From assembly GCA_964350695.1 (NCBI GenBank), contig CAYGKM010000005.1:54735-118734 (forward strand): DNA of 64,000 bases. Direction: 5' to 3'. Shown here piece after piece: positions 17,324 through 27,128 of the stretch; position 1 is the stretch's first letter, and each line of letters opens with the position of its first letter. The translations under genes were made by a program, and so were the position numbers. The stretch is from an uncultured Micavibrio sp. (GTDB lineage Bacteria > Pseudomonadota > Alphaproteobacteria > Micavibrionales > Micavibrionaceae). The notes beneath the pieces are model-generated. The model was not told where the DNA came from. It saw only the letters and a list, made by a program, of their open reading frames with translations, and did not search any database.

Positions 17324-19111
17324 TTAGTCTTTAACTCTTTTTTCAACTAACCTGTCTTGGTAGACAAGATAGTTCAGCCCTGAATTTTCAAGAGTGTGAA
17401 TCGCATCTTTTAAGGTATTTACAATGGGTTCACCGTGAAGGTTAAAGCTTGTGTTTAAGAGGCCGGGGATCCCTGTTTTTTGCCTAAAAGCTTCGATTAA
17501 TTCATGATAATCAGCCGCGGCTTCTTTGGTCACAATTTGCGGGCGAACGGTTTTATCATAGGGGTGTGTACCAGCCTGAATTTTTTTGTAGTTTTCTGGT
17601 TTTGTATCGAAGGCAATTGTCATATAGGGTGCTTGAATATTCTTGGGGTTCACTATGTAATCACTTGCGTATTCTTCTAAGATTGAGAGTGCAAAAGGCA
17701 TCCAGAAATCACGGCTTTTTATGGCCTCATTAATGTGATGAACGCTCTCACGTTTTGAGGGGTCGGCTAATATACTGCGGTGACCTAAGGCACGCGCACC
17801 GAATTCTGCCCTACCCCAAACGCGCGCTATCACATTCCCTTGGGCTAGGATATCGGCGATTTCATCATTGGTAACATTGTCATGTACGTCATATTTTTCA
17901 AGAATTTGAGACCATAATTCATCGTCCTGATGATTGGCAGCGTCAAGGCCCAGATAATTATTTTCTAAAGGCTTTGCCGTTTTGGAGTTGTCATTCAGAA
18001 TGTAGCAGCCGCCAATACTTAAAGATTCATCCGCGCCGGAGCCGCATACGAAAAATTCATCTACACAGTCCATTTCTGCGATAATTTTGTTCATTTTAAC
18101 GTTGAGAGCGATGCCGCCGCTAATTACAAAACGGCGAAGTCCAGTGTTATCATGGATGTCTTGTATAAGGTCACGTGCCATTTCTTCAGAAAAGCGCTGC
18201 ACTGCCCCGCCGATGTTGTCAAAGCGTTGGTCAATCCATGCCGATTTCAGATGTTCAAATAGATTTTCAGGACGGTTCTTATTGTGGATTTTCATGTCCT
18301 TTACTTCAGATAAATCCTTTAGGGCTTCATACGCTTTATCAATATATTTATCTTTTGCGTAAGGTGCTAAACCCATGACTTTATACTCATGTTCATCAGG
18401 GCGCATACCTAGAAGAAGCGTTGCGAGTTTGTAAACGCGCCCAATGTCATTTTCTATTGTGCTTGCTATGTTTGTAATATTATCGTCTTTGACTTCCCAC
18501 ACTGTCTGGTTGCGACCGTCACCAGAGCCATCAAGAACCAAAATCCCACAATCCTTGCCACGAAACGGGCTACCGTAATAGGCGTAATAAGCATGACCTG
18601 TATGGTGATCGGTAAAACGTATTTTTTCATTTGGGATTTCGAAGGTTTCGCTTAGAAAACGGCGTTCTTCTTTTTGAAAATGCGCTACCCATTCGTCTTC
18701 TTTGAGAAGCATTTCGTCCGTTAGAAAGCTGAAATCAAAATGATTGGGATGGCTGTTAAACTGTTTGTCATCACGCAGCCATTTTAGGTAATCAAGAACA
18801 GATTCTCCTTTAAACACTTTCTCGTAAAAGCGCTCACCGTAATACTCGTAATAATCTCTGATTGTGAAGTTTGTTATGTTGCTGGCCTTGGTGAAAAGAG
18901 CGTGATCTACGATTGAGCTGTAGCATGCTTCGTCAATGTCCTTTCCACTGATGCCGAGCGTTTTGAAGCCATGTTCGAGCGCCAGTTTTGGAAACCCCAT
19001 AATGTTTTTAATTCGTGTGAACCGCTCTTCTTGACCGACATAAAGAACCTTACCGTCCTTCATGAGTGCGCATGAAGCATTGTGCCCGATATGGAGACCT
19101 AATTTATACAT
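17324..19111 (-). CDS. Carbamoyltransferase (NodU/CmcH family)
   Basis: N-terminal LGLHIGHNASCALMKDGKVLYVGQEERFTRIKN (ASKHA-like) and C-terminal LLNTSFNLHGEPIV are typical of NodU/CmcH/TobZ-type O-carbamoyltransferases. The ~595-aa length fits. Confidence 0.9.
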   Translation of the reverse strand: MYKLGLHIGHNASCALMKDGKVLYVGQEERFTRIKNIMGFPKLALEHGFKTLGISGKDIDEACYSSIVDHALFTKASNITNFTIRDYYEYYGERFYEKVFKGESVLDYLKWLRDDKQFNSHPNHFDFSFLTDEMLLKEDEWVAHFQKEERRFLSETFEIPNEKIRFTDHHTGHAYYAYYGSPFRGKDCGILVLDGSGDGRNQTVWEVKDDNITNIASTIENDIGRVYKLATLLLGMRPDEHEYKVMGLAPYAKDKYIDKAYEALKDLSEVKDMKIHNKNRPENLFEHLKSAWIDQRFDNIGGAVQRFSEEMARDLIQDIHDNTGLRRFVISGGIALNVKMNKIIAEMDCVDEFFVCGSGADESLSIGGCYILNDNSKTAKPLENNYLGLDAANHQDDELWSQILEKYDVHDNVTNDEIADILAQGNVIARVWGRAEFGARALGHRSILADPSKRESVHHINEAIKSRDFWMPFALSILEEYASDYIVNPKNIQAPYMTIAFDTKPENYKKIQAGTHPYDKTVRPQIVTKEAAADYHELIEAFRQKTGIPGLLNTSFNLHGEPIVNTLKDAIHTLENSGLNYLVYQDRLVEKRVKD

Positions 19112-19136
19112 ATGACAAAACTTTCAAATTTTTTAT

Positions 19137-20333
19137 TTAAGATACTTTGGTTTTTAAAACCCACTCACCATCAACTTTTTCCCAAATGTGGTCAGAGCGA
19201 TAACTGTCACAGATGTTCCAGAAATGCTCTTCTGTAATATCCAAATACTCCAGAAATTCAGGAAACCATTTTTTAGGAAATTCGCCGTCATATCGGTTTA
19301 CGAGCGCGACGGCTTCATCTCTGTCAATGTGCCCTGCCCTGACTTCCATTGAGGCATCTCTGGTTGTACGTCCCATTCCGAATTTGATGAATCCCAGATA
19401 AAAGTGGAAGCCGTCTGTTTTGTCATCGAGGCTGGAATATTTTGAATATGTACCTTCAGAGCGCCCGTCAGGGTTCGGCTTTAACCCACCGTGTTCGGCG
19501 GCGTAATAATAGTTTTCCTGCGGTATCCATTTTTTATAGTAGGAATACCAGTGCATCTGCGCGCCTAAAGCGTCTATGTTTTTAAGCGGCGGGGCTTCGT
19601 ATTTTGATATTTCACTCTCGCGTATATCTTCGGGTTTTAGAATGCCCATTTCTTTACCAGCCTCAACGAGCTTTCTTACGCCTGCGCCTTTGAAATATAG
19701 CTTTTCCCAGTCTTCGACGCTTTCATAAGGTTTATCCTTATTCTTTTCGCTGCCGCCATATTCGACTTCTCCGTTTTCACCATAGAAAATCAGCGGAATG
19801 CCGAATTTTACGGCAACATGGAATGCCCAAGCCTTTTGACCGAAGGTGAAGGGTTCCCAGTGATCGCCTTTAAGGTCGAAGGCTACGCGCGCAAGTTTGC
19901 GGTGAAGTTTTCCGTTTGGATTAAAGAAAAGATTATCAAAGCCGGATTCAACAAAGCGGTCCAAATTTTCTCTTCCGATGTCGGTGAATAAAAACGGAGA
20001 CCACGTCACGGTTAACGGGTTCATGTTGTATTTGTGCTTAAGCTGGTGCGACACGAAGGTGCTGTCTTTTCCACCGCTTACAGGTACGATGACATCGTAT
20101 GATCCATCTTTCGAGCGGTGTTGATCAAGAAGGGCGCGTAGTTCTTCTTCACGGGCGTCCCAGTCGATTTTTTCTTTCTCGACGGAATAGTTGCATGCGC
20201 TGCAAACACCGTGTTCATCAAAAGTTATGCGCGGACGTTGGTTTGATGTCACACATTTTTTGCAGAAGAATACGTTTTTATCGAGTTCCGCAAGTTGGGA
20301 GTCGATTGTTTTTAAAGTGCTTTGCTTTGACAT
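19137..20333 (-). CDS. N-acetyl sugar amidotransferase (PseA/WbuX/LfnA family)
   Basis: N-terminal Zn-ribbon CKKCVTSNQRPRITFDEHGVCSAC followed by the PP-loop VPVSGGKDST. Adjacent to HisH/HisF paralogues, as in known acetamidino-sugar loci. Confidence 0.85.
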   Translation of the reverse strand: MSKQSTLKTIDSQLAELDKNVFFCKKCVTSNQRPRITFDEHGVCSACNYSVEKEKIDWDAREEELRALLDQHRSKDGSYDVIVPVSGGKDSTFVSHQLKHKYNMNPLTVTWSPFLFTDIGRENLDRFVESGFDNLFFNPNGKLHRKLARVAFDLKGDHWEPFTFGQKAWAFHVAVKFGIPLIFYGENGEVEYGGSEKNKDKPYESVEDWEKLYFKGAGVRKLVEAGKEMGILKPEDIRESEISKYEAPPLKNIDALGAQMHWYSYYKKWIPQENYYYAAEHGGLKPNPDGRSEGTYSKYSSLDDKTDGFHFYLGFIKFGMGRTTRDASMEVRAGHIDRDEAVALVNRYDGEFPKKWFPEFLEYLDITEEHFWNICDSYRSDHIWEKVDGEWVLKTKVS

Positions 20334-20394
20334 TCATTAGCCCCTTGGCATTCCTATAATAGAGCGTCAGCGTATCAAGCAATTGCGGTGCTTT

Positions 20395-21027
20395 TCAAGC
20401 TACTATTTCGATAAAATTTTTCAACAGCTTTAAGCCCATTTCACCGCTTTTTTCAGGGTGGAATTGGGCGCCATAGATATTGCTCTTATTCACGATCGCG
20501 GAAATTGTCTGTCCGCCATAATACGCATCGGCAACGCGGTTATCGGGTTTTGTTGGCGCGGCAGTGAAGGAATGCACGAAATACATTTCGGTGTTTTCGG
20601 GGATGGCGTTCAGCAGCGGGCTTTGATTGATTGTTTTTATAGCTGTCCATCCGATATGGGGGATTTTGTGTTTTTCGCCGCGCGTGTTGGTGTCAGGGAT
20701 GGCGCTGATTTCCCCTTGGATAAGCCCTAAACCGTCATGGCTTCCGAATTCGTGGCTTTTATCGAACAGCATTTGCATGCCGACGCAGATGCCCAAGAGT
20801 GGTTTGCCTTGCTCGGCGGCTTTTTTGATGGGGGCGATAAATTCGTGCGCTTTCAGGGCGTCCATACAGCTTTTAAATGCGCCGACGCCGGGGAGGATGA
20901 TTTTATCGGCGGCTTCGATTTGGGCGGCTGTGGTGGCGCGCTCATAATCTGCGCCGATATGCTTTAGGGCGCGCTCAACGCTTAAAAGATTTCCGATTTT
21001 ATAATCAATGAGGGCGATTTTGCTCAT
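20395..21027 (-). CDS. Imidazole glycerol phosphate synthase HisH-like glutamine amidotransferase (WbuY-type paralogue)
   Basis: Class I GATase: LPGVGAF, GICVGMQML (catalytic Cys) and FHPEKS (His-Glu). Lies in the glycan operon, not a his operon. Confidence 0.88.
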   Translation of the reverse strand: MSKIALIDYKIGNLLSVERALKHIGADYERATTAAQIEAADKIILPGVGAFKSCMDALKAHEFIAPIKKAAEQGKPLLGICVGMQMLFDKSHEFGSHDGLGLIQGEISAIPDTNTRGEKHKIPHIGWTAIKTINQSPLLNAIPENTEMYFVHSFTAAPTKPDNRVADAYYGGQTISAIVNKSNIYGAQFHPEKSGEMGLKLLKNFIEIVA

Positions 21028-21791
21028 GCGACCCTCCGCACAGGAATATTTAAGGTGGCCATGGATTCGCGAATTTCGGGGATCGTGGTTCGTTTATAAT
21101 GCAGCGCATCGGCGATGGCGATGGCGTCTGCGTGGGCTTGGGTGACGACCTCTTGAATATCTCCGGGTTTGGAATACCCTCCGCTCGCGATAACGGGGAT
21201 GCTTACGTTTTCGCTGATTGTTTTTGTGAGCGTCAAGTCATAGCCTCTGCGCGTGCCTTCGCGATCAATCGAGGTCAGGAGGATCTCCCCTGCCCCCAGT
21301 TCCACGCCTCGTTTTGCCCACTCAAGGGCATCGAGGCCTGTATCTTCGCGCCCGCAATCACTATAGACGTTCCACTGTCCTGCCGACATTTCTTTGGCTT
21401 CGATGGACAGCACCATACATTGCGAGCCGAAACGGCGGGAGATTTCGGAGATGAGTTCTGGGCGTTGTGTGGCGGCTGTGTTGACGGCGACTTTATCTGC
21501 GCCTGCCAGAAGAAGGCTTTCTGCGTCTTCCACAGAGCGAACGCCGCCGCCGACTGTGATGGGGACGAAGATATCCTGTGAGGTGGACTTTACAATGTCG
21601 TGGAGGTTGTTACGCCCATAAAGACTTGCGACCATATCCATATAAATCAGTTCGTCAGCGCCTTGTTCGTAGTAGTTTTTTGCAAATTCGTTCGGATCGC
21701 CGATGACGCGAATGCCTTCAAGGTTGATGGCTTTAATGAGGTTAGGGCCTTTGATATCAAGGCGGGCAATGAGACGGATATTGTGATTCAT
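21024..21791 (-). CDS. Imidazole glycerol phosphate synthase HisF-like cyclase subunit (WbuZ-type paralogue)
   Basis: [10 protein letters not shown]..., TVGGGVRS and [16 protein letters not shown] are HisF (beta/alpha)8 motifs. I place the start at the ATG at 21791 ([12 protein letters not shown]) rather than the longer ORF start at 21830. Confidence 0.88.
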   Translation of the reverse strand: MNHNIRLIARLDIKGPNLIKAINLEGIRVIGDPNEFAKNYYEQGADELIYMDMVASLYGRNNLHDIVKSTSQDIFVPITVGGGVRSVEDAESLLLAGADKVAVNTAATQRPELISEISRRFGSQCMVLSIEAKEMSAGQWNVYSDCGREDTGLDALEWAKRGVELGAGEILLTSIDREGTRRGYDLTLTKTISENVSIPVIASGGYSKPGDIQEVVTQAHADAIAIADALHYKRTTIPEIRESMATLNIPVRRVA

Positions 21792-21801
21792 GGGAATTCT
21801 T

Positions 21802-22587
21802 TTACCAAGCGCCGAGGCCGCCATCAACATTATAAACGCCGCCTGTACAATAACTTGCGGAATCGCTGAGGAGATAAATCAGCATACCTGTCATATCCGT
21901 ATCGGAGGCCATGCGTCCGAGCGGTATGCGGTTGCTGTACGCTTTTTCGAATTTATCGTTCTGACCGTTAAAGACGCCGCCGGGCACGAGGCAGTTTACA
22001 CGGATGTTATCTTTTGCCCACCACGTCGCGAGCCACTGTGTCAGGCCGATTATGCCTGCTTTTGAGGCGGAGTAGCTGGCGAAGCTTTGGAAGTCCTGGC
22101 CTTCATATATACGGTGGTCGGGGGACATGACGCCGTAAATTGAGGAAACATTGACGAATGCGCCGCCTGTGCCTTGCGTTTTCATGATGCGCCCTGCTTC
22201 GCGTGCGACGAGGAAAGATCCTGTCAGGTTGATATCAATTGTTTTTTGCCATAGATCGAGGGGGTAGTCTTCGAAATCAGCGAAGGCCTCTCCCATATTT
22301 TTTAAAACGTCGCCTGTGATCGCGGCGTTGTTTACCACGCCGTCAAAGCCGTCATAGATTTTTGCGGCGGCCGCAATTTGTTCGATGACTTGGGCTTCGT
22401 CGCCGATATCCAGTTCGATATAAGGGCAGCCGAGTTCTTCTGAGAGTTCTTTGATTTGGCTTTCTGCACGGTCAGCCATAATCAGCTTCGCACCTTCTTT
22501 CACCAAAGCCATACTGTATTGCTTCCCCAGAACGCCGGATGCGCCGATCAAAAGGATGCGTTTGTCTTTTACGTTTACGGTACTCAT
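21802..22587 (-). CDS. Short-chain dehydrogenase/reductase (PtmA-like position)
   Basis: ILLIGASGVLG Rossmann loop, NNAA and YSASKAG (YxxxK). I place the start at 22587 (MSTVNVKDKR), giving an ATGA overlap with the upstream stop. Gene order matches the Campylobacter ptmB-ptmA arrangement. Confidence 0.8.
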   Translation of the reverse strand: MSTVNVKDKRILLIGASGVLGKQYSMALVKEGAKLIMADRAESQIKELSEELGCPYIELDIGDEAQVIEQIAAAAKIYDGFDGVVNNAAITGDVLKNMGEAFADFEDYPLDLWQKTIDINLTGSFLVAREAGRIMKTQGTGGAFVNVSSIYGVMSPDHRIYEGQDFQSFASYSASKAGIIGLTQWLATWWAKDNIRVNCLVPGGVFNGQNDKFEKAYSNRIPLGRMASDTDMTGMLIYLLSDSASYCTGGVYNVDGGLGAW

Positions 22588-23303
22588 TCGGGTGCTCCGT
22601 GTTTGCGTTCCATCAGCCATGTGACCAATTCTGCATCGAATGACTCATCAATATCAAAGCTTTTTTCCCTCGGGACTTCGAAGCCTTTGAGTTTTCCGTT
22701 CAGGAGCTGGTTTTCAGTACGGATGTATTGGGCATTAAAGAGGTAAAACCCAGCGACAATGTCGAGGGTTTTTGGGGAGGCTTGTCTGGATTCAATGTCG
22801 GTGTCCAGTTTTTTGCTCAGCGCCAGATATCCGTTTTTATCTTCTTCAACCAGATTAAAATAGGGGCTTCTGTGTGAGGGAGACACAGTGAACATTCCGT
22901 CGCAGTTTTTATATGCGCCGTCATGGATGAAGGTTTTTAACATGCTGGAAAGATCATCCGCGTCCAGAAGCGGCGAAGTGCAATCAATATCCAAGAAGAA
23001 ATCATATGTCGTGTCATAGAGCTTTTCGCATTCCGCAAGCGCGTGTTTCCAAACGTCGAATTTGCCGGAGGCGGAGGTTGCGAGTTCAGCGGGCCGCATG
23101 AAGGGGATTTTTGCGCCGTGGGCTTTGGCGGTGTCTGCGATGTCTTGATCATCGGTGGAAACGATCATATCTGTGACTTCGGGCATTGCAAGCGCGGTTT
23201 CTATCGCCCAGCCGATAAGGGGTTTTCCTGCAATGGGGCGAATGTTCTTTCCGGGAACGCCTTTGCTGCCGCCTCTTGCGCCTATGACTGCCAATATTTT
23301 CAT
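22584..23303 (-). CDS. legF: Acylneuraminate-type cytidylyltransferase, probable CMP-legionaminic acid synthetase
   Basis: ILAVIGARGGSKGVPGKNIRPIAGKPLIGWAIE is the NeuA/CMP-NulO synthetase N-terminal signature. Embedded in the leg operon. Confidence 0.8.
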   Translation of the reverse strand: MKILAVIGARGGSKGVPGKNIRPIAGKPLIGWAIETALAMPEVTDMIVSTDDQDIADTAKAHGAKIPFMRPAELATSASGKFDVWKHALAECEKLYDTTYDFFLDIDCTSPLLDADDLSSMLKTFIHDGAYKNCDGMFTVSPSHRSPYFNLVEEDKNGYLALSKKLDTDIESRQASPKTLDIVAGFYLFNAQYIRTENQLLNGKLKGFEVPREKSFDIDESFDAELVTWLMERKHGAPE

Positions 23304-24286
23304 GCGGCGACCTTTTCTTTGCTCTGGCTTTTTGATGAGGCTTTCGCGGCGCAGAGAATTTCTAAATCATGGATAGCGTCTTCGAGAGAGCATGCAGCGG
23401 GAAGTGCAGGGTTTTGAACGCGGGTGATGAAGTTCTTCAAACAGTCTTTCAGCATATTGGCAGGGGTGTAATCATCATGGATGACCGAGAGGTTTTCTTC
23501 TGCTTTGTTGGTTTCCGCGCGGGTAAGTGTATTCTTAATCAGGTCATGGGTATAAAGCGCATTTTCACAAATGATCTGCAGGCCGCGCCTTGGGGTGGGG
23601 CTGAGCATATCGAGCTGCAGGTTTCCGCATGCGCCGTTTTCACAAGACAGTATCAAGTTTGCCAAGTCTTCGGCTTCCATTTCAAGCCGGCTGTTATGGC
23701 GCAGATCCGCATAGACGTCCTTTACAGGGCCGATCAGCCAATGGATGAGGTCTATTTCATGCACGAGGTCGAATAAGGCCCCTCCTCCGTGTTTGCTATG
23801 GGCGCTGTAGGATTCGCGGTAGTCGGTGTTTGGGCGCCATGTGTCGAGGCGCTGCCCCACCCACGCCTGAAAGGCGAGAATTTTGCCGTCTTCACCGTTT
23901 GCCAAGCGCTTTTTAAGGGCTTTTAAATTCTGGTGCTGCCTCAGCTGACAACCAACCTCTACGACTACGCCGTGTGAGGCGGCAAGTAAATCCGATACGC
24001 CATCCATATTATGGCTTAAGGGTTTTTCAAGGTAATAAGGCTTTCTTGCTTTTGCAGCTTTTAGGGCGGGGGTGATATGCTGGTCGGTAGCTGTGGCGAT
24101 AATGGCGGCGTCACACCATTGTAATCCTGCTTCCAAAGAAGGTTCAAAAACGTATCCGTCCTTTTCGATGGCGGCACTTTCGGAAGCGCGGCTACGCCAT
24201 ATCTTGATGTCTGCACCCAATTTTTTAAGATTGGCTGTGTGTTTTTGGCCGATTGAACCATATCCGCAGACGAGCACTTTTATCAT
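23300..24286 (-). CDS. Gfo/Idh/MocA-family oxidoreductase (PtmF-like position)
   Basis: MIKVLVCGYGSIGQKH N-terminal Rossmann fold and the EKP motif (YYLEKPL). 4-nt overlaps with both neighbours. Confidence 0.8.
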   Translation of the reverse strand: MIKVLVCGYGSIGQKHTANLKKLGADIKIWRSRASESAAIEKDGYVFEPSLEAGLQWCDAAIIATATDQHITPALKAAKARKPYYLEKPLSHNMDGVSDLLAASHGVVVEVGCQLRQHQNLKALKKRLANGEDGKILAFQAWVGQRLDTWRPNTDYRESYSAHSKHGGGALFDLVHEIDLIHWLIGPVKDVYADLRHNSRLEMEAEDLANLILSCENGACGNLQLDMLSPTPRRGLQIICENALYTHDLIKNTLTRAETNKAEENLSVIHDDYTPANMLKDCLKNFITRVQNPALPAACSLEDAIHDLEILCAAKASSKSQSKEKVAA

Positions 24287-25374
24287 ATGGCGGCTGCGTT
24301 TTTGGTTTTAAAAACAGTGTCATATTCCGAGCGTCCCTTTTCAAGATCGCCGAGATTGCCAATATCCAGCCAGTATTCGCGGATTGGATAGACGGAGGAT
24401 TCTTTGCCTGCGTGTTCAATTTTGTTGAACAAATCCGGCATATCGAAATATTCGTTTTGAGGAACATAGGAGAGCGCATCGGGTTCTACGACGTAAATAC
24501 CTGCGTTCACGAAATATGTTTGTGAGGGTTTTTCGGTGATGGATTGGAGTTTTGTGCCGGTGTTTTGAATAACGCCATATGGCACTTGCTGTTCGTATTC
24601 GCGCACGCACATTGTGGCTTCGGCGCTATTTTGGCGGTGGAAGCTGACGAGATGCGCGAAGTTTGTGTTTGTCAGGATATCGCCGTTCATGATGATGATC
24701 GGTCCTTTTGCGGGATCGGGTATCAGGCTGAGCGCGCCTGCTGTGCCGAGGCGCTGCTCTTCGTCAAGATATGTGATTTTTGCACCGTATGCATCGCCAT
24801 CACCAAAATGATCTTTGATGATTTCGGATTTATAATTTACGGAGAAATACAGATTTTTGAATCCTTGGCTTACGAAGTTTTCAACGATTGTTTGCAGGAG
24901 CGGTTTATCGCCTATTTTTATCATTGGTTTCGGAAGGTCTTCGGTAAGGGGAAGAAGTCTTGATCCCAATCCGCCGAGCATAAGAACAACGCATACATCA
25001 TCGAAATTTTCTTTCGGTATGCGGGCTTTTTTCGCAAGCTCGTCCATCTTTGCAAGGCCGATCACCGCGCCTTTTTCATTTATAATGGGAAGCTGGAGGA
25101 TCGTGTGCTCTGTCATGATGTCTAGCATTGCTTGGCGCGACGTGCCTTCAGGGACAGAATGGGGCGTTTTGTTCATGATTTTTTGGACGCATTCATCCAA
25201 AGATATGCCATTCAGGATCCCTCTTCTGATATCGCCGTCGGTGATTGTGCCTTTTAAAACTTTATTCTCATTTACAATCAATACGATTTGCAGTCCCGCA
25301 AGATCGATAATCTTAATGGCTTCGATAATTGATTTGTCTTGGGACAAAAGTGCTTTTTCAAATGCTTCGCTCAT
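24283..25374 (-). CDS. ptmE: CBS-domain sugar-phosphate nucleotidyltransferase (PtmE-like GlcN-1-P guanylyltransferase)
   Basis: An N-terminal CBS pair (IIEAIKIIDLAGLQIVLIVNENKVLKGTITDGDIRR...) fused to a nucleotidyltransferase domain (VLMLGGLGSRLLPLTEDLPKPM). This architecture and position match PtmE. I place the start at the ATG at 25374. Confidence 0.8.
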   Translation of the reverse strand: MSEAFEKALLSQDKSIIEAIKIIDLAGLQIVLIVNENKVLKGTITDGDIRRGILNGISLDECVQKIMNKTPHSVPEGTSRQAMLDIMTEHTILQLPIINEKGAVIGLAKMDELAKKARIPKENFDDVCVVLMLGGLGSRLLPLTEDLPKPMIKIGDKPLLQTIVENFVSQGFKNLYFSVNYKSEIIKDHFGDGDAYGAKITYLDEEQRLGTAGALSLIPDPAKGPIIIMNGDILTNTNFAHLVSFHRQNSAEATMCVREYEQQVPYGVIQNTGTKLQSITEKPSQTYFVNAGIYVVEPDALSYVPQNEYFDMPDLFNKIEHAGKESSVYPIREYWLDIGNLGDLEKGRSEYDTVFKTKNAAAI

Positions 25375-25384
25375 TGGGATCACT

Positions 25385-26059
25385 TTATAGATATTTATCG
25401 GAAGGATGGCGACTTCTAATTTTTTTGGCGGGCGTACCATGTGTAAGTGTATAGGCTTCTACGGAATTGAAAACGGTTGATCCCGCGCCAATAACAGAAT
25501 GTTCGCCAATTTCAACATTATGTATGAGTGTCGCGCCAATACCAATTGCAGAGCCAAGCCCGATTTTACAACCGCCGCCGGTGCAGCTATGCGGGGCCAA
25601 GCTTGAGAAATCAGCCATGCTACTGTCATGGTCAAGAGAGCTTCCTGTATTGAGAATGCAGAAATCCCCTATTATTGATGAAGCATTTACTATAGCGCCG
25701 GCCAATATGAGGCTGCCTTCGCCTATTTTTACGTCTTTTCCGATTACAGCACTTGGATGGATCGCAGAAATAAACGGCAAGTCAGGGCAATTTGATTTCG
25801 TTTTTTGCGCGACAAGTTGCCGCGTGTGATTGTCGCCAATAGCGATGATTACACCTTTGAGCTTATATTTTGAAACGCAGTCTTTCAGGCTCTCGTCTGA
25901 ACCGATGACGTTATAGCCAAAAACTGAATTCGTGGTGGGATCATTTGAAATTAGGCCTGCGATTTTATATCGCCCTTCTTTTTCAATGCAATCAATCACG
26001 ACTTTCGCGTGACCGAGCGATCCTATGATTGCAATATTTTCCATGAGTTCACTCTTCAA
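25385..26059 (-). CDS. legH: NeuD/PglD-family hexapeptide N-acetyltransferase (LegH-like)
   Basis: N-terminal Rossmann-like IAIIGSLGHAKVVID, then left-handed beta-helix hexapeptide repeats (IGEGSLILAGAIVNASSIIGDFCILNTGSSLDHD...). An alternative start lies at 26044. Confidence 0.8.
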   Translation of the reverse strand: MKSELMENIAIIGSLGHAKVVIDCIEKEGRYKIAGLISNDPTTNSVFGYNVIGSDESLKDCVSKYKLKGVIIAIGDNHTRQLVAQKTKSNCPDLPFISAIHPSAVIGKDVKIGEGSLILAGAIVNASSIIGDFCILNTGSSLDHDSSMADFSSLAPHSCTGGGCKIGLGSAIGIGATLIHNVEIGEHSVIGAGSTVFNSVEAYTLTHGTPAKKIRSRHPSDKYL

Positions 26060-27128
26060 TAATTTCTTCTTGAGTATAATCTTTTGAGGCTATCGTGCCA
26101 ACTCTGTCCCAGTACTCCATCGGCGATATTCCGGTTGCGGGACGTTTGATATCAAGATTATCTGAGGTCAATTCTTCGCCTTTGCGGATATCACGGGCGG
26201 CGACAAGGCTTTTTCTGGCCATAGTGATGTTTATTTTTTCAGATTCGCTTGGTCTTTTTTCTTTTGATCCCATAGCGCTTTCAATGTTGCGGATGCCTTG
26301 CACGAGTGCGTTCAGCTCATCAGGTTCAAGTGACGCTTTATGGTCCGGGCCTTCGGCGGCTTTGTCCAAGGTGAAGTGCTTTTCAATCACGGTTGCGCCC
26401 ATCGCCGCGGCGGCGAGAGAGACTTCAATGCCCAATGTGTGGTCTGAATAGCCTACGGGAATGTCAAAAGCATCGTGAATGCCCATCATTGCGTGCAGGT
26501 TTACATCCTCATACGGCGTGGGATATGCGGTCGTACAATGCAGGATCGTGACTTTGTCTTTGAGGATCGTTTTTGCGTGAGGATTTTGGTAGGCGGCTAT
26601 AAAATCATTGCGCGTTTCAGGGGGGCGTGCGTTTGAATAGCCATAGGCCAGGACGCCCAGAGCGTCTTCGATTTCATCAAGCGTGCCCATACCGGTGGAA
26701 AGTATAATTTTACGGCCTGTCTGCGCGGCGGCGAGAAGGATGGGCGCGTTGGTCAGTTCGCTTGAGCCGAGCTTGATTGTAGATAGATTAAAATCATTAA
26801 TTAGCATGTGAAGCCCGCCGATATCAAACGGCGTGGAGAGGAATTCTATGTTTTTGCTTTTGCAATGCGCGATGAGTTTTACGTGATCGTCTTTTGAGAG
26901 TTCGAGGCGTTTGAGCATCTCGTACTGGCTTTCTTCATTGCCTGTGTTTTCTATTTGATATTGGGCTTTTGGTGCATTTTTGCTGACCAGTTTATCGGCG
27001 CTAAAGCTTTGAAATTTTACGATGTCAGCACGCGCGGTTGAGGCGGCATCAACGAGAGCGAAGGCTTTGTCGAGGTCTCCGTCATGGTTTACCCCTGCTT
27101 CGGCTATGATCAGAACTTTAGAGGTCAT
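26049..27128 (-). CDS. legI: NeuB-family nonulosonic acid synthase (legionaminic acid synthase)
   Basis: IIAEAGVNHDGD, KFQSF, GYSDHTLG and a C-terminal SAF domain (ARKSLVAARDIRKGEELT). I place the start at 27128 (MTSKV), giving an ATGA overlap with the legG stop. Confidence 0.9.
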   Translation of the reverse strand: MTSKVLIIAEAGVNHDGDLDKAFALVDAASTARADIVKFQSFSADKLVSKNAPKAQYQIENTGNEESQYEMLKRLELSKDDHVKLIAHCKSKNIEFLSTPFDIGGLHMLINDFNLSTIKLGSSELTNAPILLAAAQTGRKIILSTGMGTLDEIEDALGVLAYGYSNARPPETRNDFIAAYQNPHAKTILKDKVTILHCTTAYPTPYEDVNLHAMMGIHDAFDIPVGYSDHTLGIEVSLAAAAMGATVIEKHFTLDKAAEGPDHKASLEPDELNALVQGIRNIESAMGSKEKRPSESEKINITMARKSLVAARDIRKGEELTSDNLDIKRPATGISPMEYWDRVGTIASKDYTQEEIIEE

